Source: Eledone cirrhosa (lineage: Eukaryota). Taken from it: DNA of 64,000 nucleotides. The notes under the pieces were generated by a model that made no database searches, was not told where the DNA came from, and worked only from the letters and a program-made list of their open reading frames with translations. The translations under genes were made by a program, and so were the position numbers. Shown piece by piece: positions 43,301 through 56,834 of this stretch. Location: contig OZ024751.1 of the NCBI GenBank assembly GCA_964016885.1, positions 30,876,001 through 30,940,000 on the forward strand. Reading direction: 5' to 3'. Every line of letters begins with the position of its first letter. Within the stretch, counting starts at the first letter, position 1.

Positions 43301-46300
43301 TACATATACAACTATATATATAATATATATATATATATATACACTGTTGTATATCTACTCTTAAAACACCATTGTTACAATACTTAAACAAGGGAATACA
43401 TTAAAGCTAAATTATTTTTTGTTCTTTAGCTGCATACTCTCTTGATCAAATGTCGGATGATGATGAATCTGCATCACCACTTCACACTCAGGGACAGTCA
43501 CCTTTACAGGTGAGTAAATAAATACAGGTGTTAATGAATAAATGTGGTCTGATAGGTTTTTTGTTTTTTTTGCTTTCTTTCTTTCTATTGTATAGACACC
43601 ATGAACTGATTAGAAATGGTTTTTTGGGTGTGTTTTCTTTTTGTCCTTTCCTTTTCTTGAAATCAGGTGTCATGATTTATGTGAGTGAGACATGGAGTGA
43701 TAATTGTGGAGCAACAGAGGGGAAAGGTATATGCTACATGTATCAGAAGTGCCATGAGACATGGGGTGATAATTGTGGAGCAACAGAGGGGAAAGGTATA
43801 TGCTACATGTATCAGAAGTGCCATGAGACATGGGGTGATAATTGTGGAGCAACAGAGGGGAAAGGTATATGCTACATGTATCAGAAGTGCCATGAGACAT
43901 GGGGTGATGAATGTGGAGCAACAGAGAAGGCTTTTTGTCATGTCACTAATACAACCTCTTTACAGTGTGGGCTGATGGCTTCACTGGATGTATACTTCAT
44001 ACTGCCCTCGTGAGAAATGTATAGGTGGTGCACACTGTATGCTTCAGTTTTGGCCTGTATCCTGTATATATATACATACTTATGATGAAGATGAAGTCTC
44101 TCTTGTTGCTTTCTTCTTATGACTAAATAGGTTCTGGTACTAAAATTCCCCCCAAACATTCTTAGGATTTATCAAGGTATTTGGATAAAAATATTAAAAG
44201 AATTTAGCATTTAAACTGGCTGTATCTGGCCAGAATTCTTTCACCTCTTTCTATTCAAACCGGCTGTAACTTGATGCTCATACTTATGTTATGGTATTGT
44301 TCTCAAAATAAATAATATCAAAATCTCATAGATTCAATATTATGCGAGATAAATTGTTTCCTAAGAAAATACAATAGTAAATATAATGTAAATGCTAAAG
44401 GGTTAAAATCATCTTTGTTGTCCGTTCCTCCAATACCAAACAATAAACAAATCAATAATTGAGAGTTGATGTTCATGTTTTGTTTTATTTTAACAATTTC
44501 TATCTAGCTTGATGGAAGTTCTATCCAGGGTATAACAGCATCCCAACTTGCTGCTGCTCTTGCCGCTGCCAATTTCCCTGCTGGTTTCTCTGACCCATCC
44601 ACATCAGGAGCTAGAATGGCTGTAAGTAAATTATCCTTCATATTCTAAAGTCTAAAGTCAGTCTCGAGCCCAGAGGTTCATGAAGCCAATGTTTATCTCA
44701 GTTTTCATGGCATTAAGTGACTGAGAGTACAAGACTTCCCTTGGACAGTCCATCGCAGTATCTTCAGCTTGAAAGTTCATCAGGCCTGTCCTTATCTCAG
44801 TTTCTGTGGTGTTCAGCAATTGGGAGTACAAGGCACCCCTCTGGTCAGGACGCCAGTCCATCACAGTGTTAAAGTCTGTCTTCAGCCTGGAGGCTCACCG
44901 GGCCAGTGCTTATTCCTGTTTCCATGGCATTAAGCAACTGACAGTACAAGACTTCCTCCACTAGACAGGACACCAGTCCATTGCAGACCTAAACCCCCAG
45001 CTATTGCTGGTACTCATTTTCAGCTGAGTATATCGGACAATGTGAAATGAATAACACAGCATACAACACAGTCCAGGAATGGAACCCACATTACGATCAT
45101 GGGTCGTATTAAATTATAGAAATATGATAATCATATCAGATTGCACTATAAACGTTTAACTAGTGTTGGTGATTTACACGATAAATGCACCCACTGCACT
45201 CTGTGAAGTGGTTGGTGATAGGAAGGGCATCCAACCTTAGCAACCTGCCAAATAAAGGGTCTGGTGGACTCTTCAGTTGTGTCAAGGACATGTCAACTTC
45301 CCTAGTGTTGATGCCAGAATAAAAGGCACTTGGTAGAGTGCAGGATCGTATATTGGGTCCATGGCCCACCTGATACATCTATCCATTGTAAAGTTCAACA
45401 TGCCAGGATGGAGAAAGTATTTCTGGTTCTGTTTTTGTTTTCTCTCTGCCTCTTCACGTTTCTTATTTTAAATGTTGCAGGATGCAGCCTCCACCTCTGA
45501 TAGTGTTGGTGCTTCCCCACCTATCAGCAGTGACTTTTTTCAACAAGCCATGGTACATGCTCAATATGTTGCTACTCAGGTAAAACAAATTTCATAGGTT
45601 TTTTTTTATCTTTTCAGTTATTTATTTAACCAAGCTGTAAATTTACAATGAATAACTTTGCCACTACTCAATACTATATAATAGTATAAAATTATTAGCT
45701 TGTATTGCATTGGAAACAACCTTATTGCATAGCATATAATGATGTCACATTACTGGTTGCAAGATCACAGCATCATGTAACCATGATCGCCATTGAAATA
45801 TGTATCAACATCCAATCCTAAATAAATGAGGTCGCGTAGGTGTCACAACAAAAAAACAGTCCACGCTGTAATGTGGCCATGTAGGTAACACAGTAAAAAC
45901 CTCCCAGTCCACACTGTAAACGTGGTTGGTGTTAGGAAGGGCATCCAGCCGTAGAAAACCTGCCAGACAGTCCCATACGAGCAAGACAACCAATCTTGCC
46001 TCATGTGGGACAATTCCCATCTAAACCCATGCTAGCGTGGAAGATAGACGTTAAACGATGATGATCAAAGGAATTTTGACAATTATCCTTATTGCATATA
46101 TATATATAAGTTTATCCCAGGTTCAATCGAGGGTAACCACAGTAAGTAAGGTACTCAATACAAAGCAGAGTGTAAATATTTAATATAGAAATGGCTTCTA
46201 CAGGACTAGAACTGTTTCATTCGGGAGAAATCATCAGGGCTTCTCGATGATTTCTCCCGAATGAAACAGTTCTAGTCCTGTAGAAGCCATTTCTATATTA

Positions 46301-47159
46301 AATATATATATATATGGAGGTACATGACTTAGTGGTTAGAGCATTGGCCTTGCAATCAAAAGGTTGTGAGTTCAATTCTCAGACCGGGTGATGTGTTGTT
46401 TCCTTGAGCAAGACACTTTATTTCACATTGCTCCAGTTTACTCAGCTGTAGAAATGAGATGATAGGACTGGGGTCCCTATCATTCCACTGCAAGTGGTCG
46501 TGGAGGTGCCACGGCAAAAAAGCACCCAGCACTCACTGTAAATGAGGTTGGTGTTAGGAAGGGCATCCAGCTGTAGAGATCAAGCCAGAATCAGTTCCCG
46601 TCCCACCCTTGCAAGCAGGGAAAAGCGGACGTAAAATGATGATGATATATATATGTATGTATGTAAAAGGTAAACAGAAATAACAACACAATCGGTACAG
46701 TATATGGAAGGGGTATATTAGGTTAATACTTGATATAGCAGGAAGCGGGTCTTAACGTTTTGGACACTAGTCCTTCATCAGAAGAAAGAATGAGAAATAA
46801 GATAGATTGAGGGGGACAGGCGGGTTGGAATTGGAAAAAATGTCTTTAGATAAAAATAACAGGCCCATTCATGTTGACATCTCTTATAGAATAAGGAAAT
46901 ACAAAGTTTAGCTGATAAAGTCCTTTATTGATAAGGCCATGATACATGTTTCAAGGACGATATTGGCTACGCAATTGTATGAACAGCTGATAAAAGATTT
47001 TTTTTTCCTTTTTAATTTCTGTAGACCCAGCTTCAGCAGCTTCGTGATATGGGCATCACAGATGAAGATTTGGCACTACATGCCCTCCAAGAAGCAGGTG
47101 GAGATATACAGGCTGCACTAGAATATATATTTGGCGATATTGGTGGAGGTAGTTTATGA
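37384..47159 (+). CDS. UBL7: Ubiquitin-like protein 7 (N-terminal UBL, C-terminal UBA; about 333 aa)
   Basis: Exons 37384-37516, 38846-38962 (ELIYCGNCLQRTKTLESYGVKNGSMVYAVKK), 39991-40070, 40562-40646, 41681-41738, 42176-42276 (alternative donor 42300), 43430-43509 (AYSLDQMSDDDE), 44508-44621 (ITASQLAAALAAA), 45481-45579, 47025-47159 (QLQQLRDMGITDEDLALHALQEAGGDIQAALEYIF..*). The last exon matches the UBL7 UBA domain. Confidence 0.92.
43686..43928. repeat. 69-bp minisatellite, about 3.5 units, UBL7 intron 7
   Basis: TGAGACATGGGGTGATAATTGTGGAGCAACAGAGGGGAAAGG... repeats every 69 nt. Confidence 0.9.
46108..46305 (-). mobile_element. Penelope-like terminus with 60-bp perfect inverted arms and a hammerhead core
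   Basis: Arms 46176-46235 and 46246-46305; CTGATGA...GAAA-CAG...CTG-TA core; (TA)n flanks; homologous to 4881-5025. Confidence 0.7.
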
Positions 47160-47419
47160 AAACAAAATATATTATAATTTAATATTACAAAATATCCCAA
47201 TTTTCTAAATAACTGTTACACAGCTTAAGCAATAGAAATTATCTTTAAACTTTTTTTTTCTTTTTTTTTATATTTAAATTATTTTTTTTATTGATATATT
47301 TCTAACACACACATAAGTTAGTCTTGACAACACCTCCACCACCATTTTATTGACTGCTGTATTTAATATTAATAATTGTAATAAACTTATTTCTATATGT
47401 TTGTTGTCTTTATCGTTCA

Positions 47420-48412
47420 TACATCTTTCATCTGTCCCGTAGTCTGGTGGATTGTTGGGGCTCCTTCCTTTCCTCTCACCTCTCCATCCTTATGGTTGCA
47501 TTTAGCTTCATGCCTGTCTATTCCGGGATGTTATCCTCCCATCTCTTTTTCTGTCTATCTCGCTTCCTCTTTCCTTGTACTGTTCCCTGCAGGACAGTCT
47601 TGGCAAGCCCTGAAGATCTTGTCACGTGCCCATACGATCTCAATTTGTGTTGTTTTACAATGGTTAGTAGGTCTTCGTAGGGCCTGATGGCTTGCCAAAT
47701 TCTGTTTCGCACCTCCTTATTGGAGTTGGGGTCCCTGCAGGTGATGCCAAGGAGCTTTCTGAAGCATCTCATCTCCATAATCTATCCTTTCCAGATCTGC
47801 TACTATTGTTCAAGACTCACAGGCATACAAGAATATGGACATAAAGCGCGCATCAGTCTGATCTTTGAGCTGAGAGCTATGTTCTTATCATTCCAGATGG
47901 TCTTAAGTTTTGTAAGGCTGCTGTGATCTGGACAGATCTGGCGAGTACTTCAGGTTTAGATCCTTCATCTGAAATGACTGCCTCCAGGTATTTGAAACTG
48001 TTGACAGGGTTTGGGACGCAGCACTGTGGAGCCTCAATGAAACTGTACTACATCAATGGAAACTTGATCAGTGATACGGAGCCTATATGACAAAGCCACC
48101 AGCGCAGTGTACCTAAACAACAGCATTGGAGACTGGTTCAGAACCACAGAGTAAGACAAGGTTGTTTGCTCTCTCCAACTTTCTTCAACATATTCTAAGA
48201 TAGACGCATTGGAAGATCATGAAGGGACAGTGAGCATTAGCGGCAGGTCTATTATGAACTTGAGTTTTGCCGACGACATAGATGGTCTAGCAGGGAAGGA
48301 GGAGGAGCTAGCCAACCTAGTGGAATGTCTTGACAAGACTTCTACCACATACCGTATGCAGTTGACCAACAACACCAACGGTGAGAAACTAGAGTGCGTC
48401 AAGTTTCAAATA
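47420..48412. mobile_element. RTE-clade LINE fragment with an inverted 5' segment
   Basis: Minus strand 48005-47420 encodes NSFKYLEAVISDEGSKPEV...EMRCFRKLLGI...YGHVTRSSGLAKTVLQGTVQGKRKR. Plus strand 48006-48412 encodes the upstream RT part ([30 protein letters not shown]). Confidence 0.85.
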
Positions 48413-48665
48413 ATATATATACATATATAAATATGTGTATGTGTATATATATAATATATATACATGTATATATGTACATATAATATATATGTATGTATAT
48501 ATAATATATATACATGTATATATGTACATATAATATATATGTATGTATATGTAATATATATATATGTATGTATATATATATATAATATATATGGATGTAT
48601 ATATATAATATATATGTATATATAATATATATGTATATATATATATGTATGTATATATATATATG

Positions 48666-48701
<36 letters not shown>

Positions 48702-48764
48702 TAATATATATGTATGTATATATATATAATATATATGTATATATATATATGTATGTATATATAT

Positions 48765-48797
<33 letters not shown>

Positions 48798-49157
48798 GTA
48801 TATAATATATATAGGTGTGGATATATATAATATATATATATGTGTGTATATATATATATATATGTGTGTGTATATATATATGTGTATATATATATATATA
48901 TATATGTGTGTATATATGTATATATATATATATGTGTATATATATATATGTGTGTGTATATATATATGTGTATATATGTATATAAAGATATATATACATA
49001 TATATATGTATATGTATGTATATATATATATGTATATGTATATATATGTGTATATATGTGTATATATGTATATATATATGTGTATGTATATATATATGTG
49101 TATATATATATATATGTGTGTATATATATATATATGTGTGTATTGTATATATATATA
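48413..49157. repeat. Long degenerate (TA)n/(TG)n microsatellite; similar tracts at 5025-5218, 50424-50537, 51735-52100, 53050-53335, 56590-56837
   Basis: Low-complexity TA/TG sequence seen directly. Confidence 0.95.
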
Positions 49158-50423
49158 CAAGTGGGGATCAAAAAGTTCGTGGAATTTTTCAAAAAATATG
49201 ATTTACCCTCAATTTATTTTTCTACATAGTTGCCATCCAGGTCAATACACTTCACAAGGCGATGCTTCCAGTTTCGTAAGCCGTCTCTAAAGAAAGTTGA
49301 AGGCCTTGTTCGAAGCCATGTGTTGGCAGTGTTTTTTAGCTTCTTCAACACCACTAAAACGGGTTCCTTTTAGCATTTCTTTGAGTTTTGGAAAGAGGAA
49401 AAAGTCTGATGGGGCTAAATCTGGACTATAAGGCGGGTGAGGAAGCACTTCCCATCGAAATTCTCAAAGAACTTCTTTTGCAACCCACGCAGAATGCGCA
49501 GGTGCATTGTCATGGTGAAACAAGATCCCACCATGAAGTTTCCCTTTTCGTTTCTTGACTAAAGCCTCTTTCAGCTTCCTTAAAACATTTGCATAGTAAG
49601 CTCCTGTCACAGTTCTTTGACCTTCAAGATAATCTATTAGTATCACCCCCATCTGAATCCCAGAAAATGGTGGCCATCACTTTTTGATCCGACTTTTGAG
49701 ATTTGAACTTGATTGGCCCTGATGATCCACGTGGAAGCCACTGTTTTGACTGCTGTTTGGATTCAGCATCATACTGGTAGATCCAGGTTTCATCTCCGGT
49801 GATGATTCTGGTCAGGAAATGCTCTTCATCAACTTCAATTTTGTTTAATATCGCCAAAGACAGATCACTTCGAAGAATCAGCTGATCAGGGCGCAACGCT
49901 TTTGGGACCCATCGCGCTGAAAGCTTGCTTAGTCAAAAATTATCGTGCAGAATTGAATTTGCCGAACCATATGAAATGTCTAGGGACTTAGATGTTATTC
50001 TTCGATCTTCTTCAATTAAAGTCTGAGCAGCCTCAACGTTTTGGTCATTTTTTGATCTTCCTAGACTTCCACTGTGATGGTCGTCTTCAAGGTCGTCTCT
50101 CCCTTGTTTGAATCGCTGAATCCACTTGAAGACAGCAGTTTTCTTTGGAGTAGTACTGTAAACTTTAACTAAAACCTCCATAATCTGTGTCCCTTTCCAT
50201 TTGAGTTTCACCAGAAACTTGATATTCGATCTTATCTCAAAATAACTATTTTCCATTGTTCCAAAAAGAGGTTGTTTAAAGAGTGTCAGTACTGTACAAT
50301 AGTCCACGCGCAAGTGACTGCAAGGTAAACACCCAGTGACAATGTTCTGACGTGTTTAATATTGTTTTAATCTATTTTTTTCTTACTACAATAAAATTCC
50401 GCGAACTTTTTGATCCCCCCTCG
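49158..50423 (-). mobile_element. Full-length (about 1.27 kb) defective mariner transposon
   Basis: Imperfect TIRs C(A/G)AG(T/G)GGGGATCAAAAAGTTCG(T/C)GGAATTT with TA flanks inside (TA)n. The transposase is split over several frames with RWVPKAL, ITGDETW, HHDNAPAH and PPYSPDLAPSDF motifs. Confidence 0.93.
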
Positions 50424-50469
50424 TATATATATATATATGTGTGTATATATATATATATGTGTGTATATA

Positions 50470-50508
<39 letters not shown>

Positions 50509-50924
50509 ATATATATATATATATGTGTATATATATATCATCATCATCATCATCAACGTTTAACGTCCGTGTTCCACTTGCATGGGTTTGGACGGGGGTT
50601 TTCCCACTTGAGGCAAGATTGGTTGTCTTGCTCGCATAGGACTATCTGGCGGGTTTTCTACAGTTGGATGCCCTTCCTAACACCAACCACATTTACAGTG
50701 TGGGGCTGGGAGGTTTTTACCGTGTTGCCTACACGGCCACATTACAGCGTGGACTGTGTGTTTTTTTGTCGTGACACCTACACGATCTCATTTGTTTCGG
50801 GCTGGCTGTTGTGGCACCAACATAACTTTACATTGAAGGGGCGGTGTGGATGGGGTGGGGGTGGTGGGACGGGGGTGTATTTTGTTAGAGATGCCTACTG
50901 GCTGTAGTAGGTTTTACTTTGTAT

Positions 50925-51734
50925 TTAGGTAAGGCGGGTCTTCTCTATTACTGAGTACCGCCAAAGGTCTCGGTCCAGTGACATTGTCTTGGAGAGGTGT
51001 AAGTGTGTGAGGTCAGAATTTATCAGCTCGTCCCAGGTTTTTCTGGGTCTGCCTACTCCGTAGCTACCGTCTATCTTTATTGCCCTGCACTTTGTTATAC
51101 AGCTGTCGTCTTTCATGCGCATCACGTGACCATACCAACGTAGCCTTCTCTCGAGTAAACAACATCTGATCCCTCTTATTTCTAATTTTTTCCTTAGTTC
51201 GCTTATGCTTTGCCGTTCACGTATGTTACTATTACACATCCAGCGGAGCATGCAAGCTTCGTTCCTCTCTAGTCTGCGTATATCCTCTGCACACAATGCC
51301 CAGGTCTCACTGCCATGCAACATTGCTGTTCGTATGCAGGCATCATACAACCTGCCTTTCATTCTTAGGGAGAACCCTTTAGCAGCTAATAGTGGTATAA
51401 GCTCTCTGAACTTTTTCCATCCAGTTCTGACTCTAGCTACTGTACTTTCAGAGCACCCTCCCCCACTGCTGATTTTGTCACCCAGGTAACGGAAGCTGTC
51501 CACTATTTCTATAGAACCCTCTGCGCAATTGAAAGAGCTAGTATTCTGTGGGCACTTGCTGCTACTTATTGCACCAGAGCACCGGCCACATGTAAAATCT
51601 ATGTTCTTAGTTAGCTTACCTGTGATCCCACTACATCTTTTATGCACCCATACTTTGCATTTGGGACATAAAATAGAGTTTCTACCTACGCCTTTCCTAC
51701 ACACTGAGCATGGCCATTTCCCAGAAGGGACTGG
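50925..51734 (-). mobile_element. RTE-clade LINE 3' ORF fragment, related to 10815-11676
   Basis: 259-aa open frame: [23 protein letters not shown]...FRYLGD...MLHGSETW...[11 protein letters not shown]...GRPRKTW. Confidence 0.9.
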
Positions 51735-52055
51735 TATATATATATATATATGTGTGTATATATATATGTGTATGTATATATATATGTGTATGTATATATA
51801 TATGTGTATGTATATATATGTGTATGTATATATATATGTGTATATATATATATGTGTATGTATATATATATGTGTGTATATATATATATATGTGCATATA
51901 TATATAATGTATATATATGTGTGTATGTATATATATGTGTGTATGTATATATATGTGTGTATGTATATATATATGTGTGTGTATGTATATATATATGTGT
52001 GTGTATGTATATATATATGTGTGTATGTATATATATATGTGTGTATATATATATA

Positions 52056-52086
<31 letters not shown>

Positions 52087-52099
52087 GTGTATATATAAT

Positions 52100-53050
52100 A
52101 ATAATAATGAAATTATTGTGTACAGTGCTCAGGTGCACTACAACTCATCAAAGGTGCATGTATAGTACATAGAATAATGTACAAATGTCAGGAAAATAAA
52201 CAGTGTATGAGTCATGATATAATAACAATAACAATAATGAAATATTGTGTACAGTGCCCAGGTGCACCACAACTCATCAAAAAAGTGCATGTACAGTACA
52301 TAGGGGAATGCACAAACATCAGTAAAATGAACAGTGCACGAGTCATGATACACACGTGTGCATGTGTATGGAAAGGGTACATCAGGTGTAGTTTTGGCGT
52401 ATTTCGGGAAGCATGAGTGTCTTAAAGGATGCAGTGTCTCGGCAGCCAACAATTGACGCAGGCAGTTTGTTCCATGCTTCAGCAACTCTGAGCGTGAAAA
52501 AATGTCTGCGAAAGTCATGGGAGCTGTGCTGTTTTCTTATCTTGTAGGCATGTCCACGTGTGTTAGACACATGGGGATCAAAGAGGCGCTCAGGGTTGCA
52601 GTTGGCGAGATGGTTAAAAACTTTGTGGGTATTCACCAAGTCCATTGCCAGACGTCGGAGCTTCAATGAATCCATGCCCAGGGAAGCAAGGCGTTCAGAG
52701 TATGGTAGGTGTCTGATGGAGGGTATGCGCTTGGTTGCACGTCTCTGAACAGTTTCCAGGAGGTCAATGTTCCGAGCAAGATAGGGGTTCCAGACTGATG
52801 ATGCGAATTCCAAGTGTGGTCGCACCATAGCTGTATACAGTTTTAAATAGATGGCTGGAGAGCGGCTAACAAAGGTCTTGCTGAGTGATGCCAAGACACC
52901 CTCGGCCTTCTTGACAATCTTAGAGACATGCTTTGTCCAACGCAAATCGTTGCTGACAGTAATGCCCAGGTCACGTTCACAAGAGGACTTTTTGATGTCA
53001 GTGTTGTGGAGGGAGTATGTGGACGCTGGATTTTTCCTTCCAAAATGCAT
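52100..53050 (-). mobile_element. CR1/L2-group LINE 3' fragment with 3' UTR
   Basis: HFGRKNP...[18 protein letters not shown]...[20 protein letters not shown]...[10 protein letters not shown]...YSERL..L..L..RR...[14 protein letters not shown]; short (ATT)n tail; (TA)n flanks. Confidence 0.9.
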
Positions 53051-53085
53051 GTATATATATATATGTGTATATATATATATATGTG

Positions 53086-53142
<57 letters not shown>

Positions 53143-56100
53143 GTGTGTGTATATAAATATATATATATATATATGTGTGTGTATATATATATATATATAT
53201 ATGTGTATACATATATATGTGTGTATACATATATATGTGTGTATACATATATATATGTGTGTATACATATATATATATATGTATACATATATATATATAT
53301 ATGTATACATATATATATATGTGTATATATATAAATATTTTTTTATGTATGTATCATCATCATTTTACGTCCACTTTTTCCTTGCTTGCAAGGGTGGGAC
53401 GGGGACTGATTCTGGCTTGATTTCTACAGCTGGATGCCCTTCCTAACACCAACCTCATTTACAGTGAGTGCTGGGTGCTTTTTTGCCGTGGCACCTGCAC
53501 GACCACTTTGCAGTGGAATGATAGGGACCCCAGTCCCTATCATCTCATTTCTATCGCTGAGTAAACTGGAGCAATGTGAAATAAAGTGTCTTGCTCAAGG
53601 AAACAACACATCACCCGGTCTGAGAATTGACCTCACAACCTTTCGATTGCAAGGCCAATGCTCTAACCACTAAGCCATTTGCCTCCATATATATATACAT
53701 ATTCTCAAAAACACAGTGATAATCACTGAAGATGTCATAGAAATGTGTGACAAAAGAACTTTGAGAAATTATATTTATATTTTTAACTGTTGGTCAATCA
53801 ATGATAAACACTGATTTCCAGCTAAATTATTTATTTATTGAAATATTAAAAATATACTGAAACTGAAGCATAAAACAAACCAGTGTGTTTTACAATTTTT
53901 TGGCAATATTAGGAAAACATGACCCTCTCTAAACATAACAATAAAAAAAATTCATATTATATTAGTGGCTAAATAAAACTGATTAAAAATAAACAACTCG
54001 TCGTGAGCACTGTTGGTCTGGGGTTGCTTATTCATCTGGTAGTTGGCCGCTCAAGTCGCAACTAACCATATCTGGTGGCCATATCGCTATCCGCAACCCA
54101 TTCTCTAGCAGAACAGCTTTGATACTTTAGGTATGTGGTTAGAATGTCTCAGGAAAGAATTGCTGGACAGATTTTATAGGCGAAACCAACAGGTAGGAAA
54201 CCCAGGGGTTAGACCCCGAATAAGATGGTTGGATAACATCCATGAGCTTGGCTGGTCAGGTTTGGGGATACAGCCGAACCAGTTGGAGATGGTTGCTTCT
54301 GACAGGACCCTTTGGAAGGAGTGTTTCAGATCTCTGCCCCAACGACCCTCTCAGAAATAAATGGGCAAAGAAGAAGAAGAACTCGTCATTATTTATTCAA
54401 CATTATTTTATTTCAAATTGGTTAGATTGAATACTTTTTTTTTATCTTTTCCTTATTTTAGTATAAAATCAAAGCAGTTAGAAAAAACAGCAGGAAAGGA
54501 ATATTGCATCTAGTTGGAATTTGTGTTAATATGTCTGTACAAGACATTGAGTCCTGTTTGATATTTTGTCTTTCTTCTTTTCTTTTCTTTTATTCCATAA
54601 ACTTATATCACAACCGACAACTCAATGATTTTGCACATATTTAAGCAAACAAAATGATGAAGCAATTTTGATTTAATTTTTATAAATATTTTAGCATATT
54701 CGAAGTATATCATGAAAAATTATTATTTTTTTTTTTTTTACAAAATCAAAGAAAATATAGGTTAAATATTAAATATGACCAGTCTTTCTATTGCTAGAAT
54801 CATTTAATCAGTTGACCATCCTCTTGCAATAGTGGCAAATAAAGAGAATGCACACACACATGCACATACATACATGTATATATATGTATGTGTATATATA
54901 TATATATGTATATATATATGTGTATGCTAAAGGCAGTATATATATATGTATGCAAAAGGCAGTATATATATATATATATATATACACATACATACATATA
55001 TAGTTTTAGATTTCTTTTTTCTTTTTAAAATCCCTTTATCAGACTTAAAATGAAGCTGGTAAGAAAGTTTTGCTACTTGAATTAATTTTAAATTAAATTT
55101 ATATTCAAAACAATGGCGGTGACGCAGCAGGGACACGTAACAAAGTAATTGAATAATGGGGGAAAAAGTAAAGAAAAGAAAAATATTCAAAATGTTTCAT
55201 AAAGGAATAAAATGTTAAAAAGTCATAGTAGAATGTCTTAACTATGATCCTTCAACAAAAAAATTCATAAAAGGAATGCAATTTTTTTTAAAATCTAAGA
55301 ATGGAATCATTATAACAAAATGGTAAGCAGGGAATTTTGTAAAAATCAATAATGGTTATTTATAAGAGTAATTCTTTCTTATTTTCATTTGTTTTATTCA
55401 ATATATATTTACTTGAAATATAGAACTGTTTTTGAAATTACTCATAAACAGGAAAAAAATAGAAATTATTTTTAATTTTATAAGCAGATCTTGAACAAAT
55501 TAAATTAAACAAATTATATTCCTTAAACATTAAATTTAACTATATTAATATTTTTAATAATCAAATTAAACTGAATTGATATTTTTTTTAAATCAAATTT
55601 TAAAGAAACTAGATTAATTAAAAAATTAAATATAACTAAGTTTATCAAAAATATCTTAACCCTTTAGCATTTAACCCGTCCATATCAGGCCAGAATTGTC
55701 AAAATGGCTGCTCATACTTATGTTAAGGTATAAATAATATCAAAATCTCATAGATTTGATATTATGTGAGATAATTATGTAAGATAAAGCCTTTAACATG
55801 AAAATAATAGTAAATATAGAGTAATGTAAATGCTAAAGGGTTAACCAAGGTAAATTTTTTTTTTTTTTAAATGTTTTAACTAAAGATTAACTAGTCCACC
55901 CAAATATAGAAAAAAACAGTCAAAGTTTATAACAATAATAATAATAATGATTTCTGATATACGCACAAGGCCAACAACTTGGTGGGAAGGGGAAAATCGA
56001 TTAAATCAACCCAGTACTTGACTGGTATTTTATTTTATCGATCTCGTAAAGATGAAAGGTAAAGTTGACCTTGGCAGGATTTAACCCTTTAGCATTTAAA

Positions 56101-56587
56101 CCGACCATATCTGGCCAGAATTCTCTCACCGCTTTCAATTCAAATTGGCTGTAACGGGCCGCTCATACTGATGTTAAGGTATTGTTCTCAAAACAAATAA
56201 TATCAAAATCTCAGATTCGATATTATGTGAGATAATCATGGGAGGTAAAGACTTTATCGTGAAAATATAATAGTAAATATAGAGTAATGTAAATGCTAAA
56301 GGGCTACACTCAACATAAAGAGCCAGAACAAGTACAGCAAAAGCATTTCATCCAATACTCTACCAATTCTGTCAACCCACCACAACAACAATAATAATAA
56401 TAATATGGAAAATTTAGAACAAACATAATTTTCACTAAATTTGAAACTTCTCTGAATGTCGAAAGATGGTGGGTGATAAAAGTCACTGTCATCGTGGCGA
56501 AAATAGACAATTACTTGGTCAGAAAAGTTAACTTTAATCGGGGACATATCAGTTTACACACACACACATGCACTTATTGGAAAAAGT

Positions 56588-56641
<54 letters not shown>

Positions 56642-56768
56642 GTGTGTGTGTATTTATTTATATACATATATATGCATACATACACACATGTATATGTGTA
56701 TATATACACACACACGCAAATATAAATGAATACATGTGTGTGTGTTTATTTATATATATACATATATA

Positions 56769-56834
<66 letters not shown>

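Noticed and set aside
43528-44013. 161-aa ORF with a hydrophobic N-terminus and Cys-rich 23-aa repeats, toxin-like in appearance
   Set aside because: It is a 69-bp intronic minisatellite that is open in several frames on both strands. The hydrophobic part is a T-rich intron tract and the listed start is not ATG.
48389-49290. Long Y/I/H/T-rich ORFs (also near 5.0, 51.7, 53.0 and 56.6 kb)
   Set aside because: These are translations of (TA)n/(TG)n microsatellites, with no splice structure or domain.
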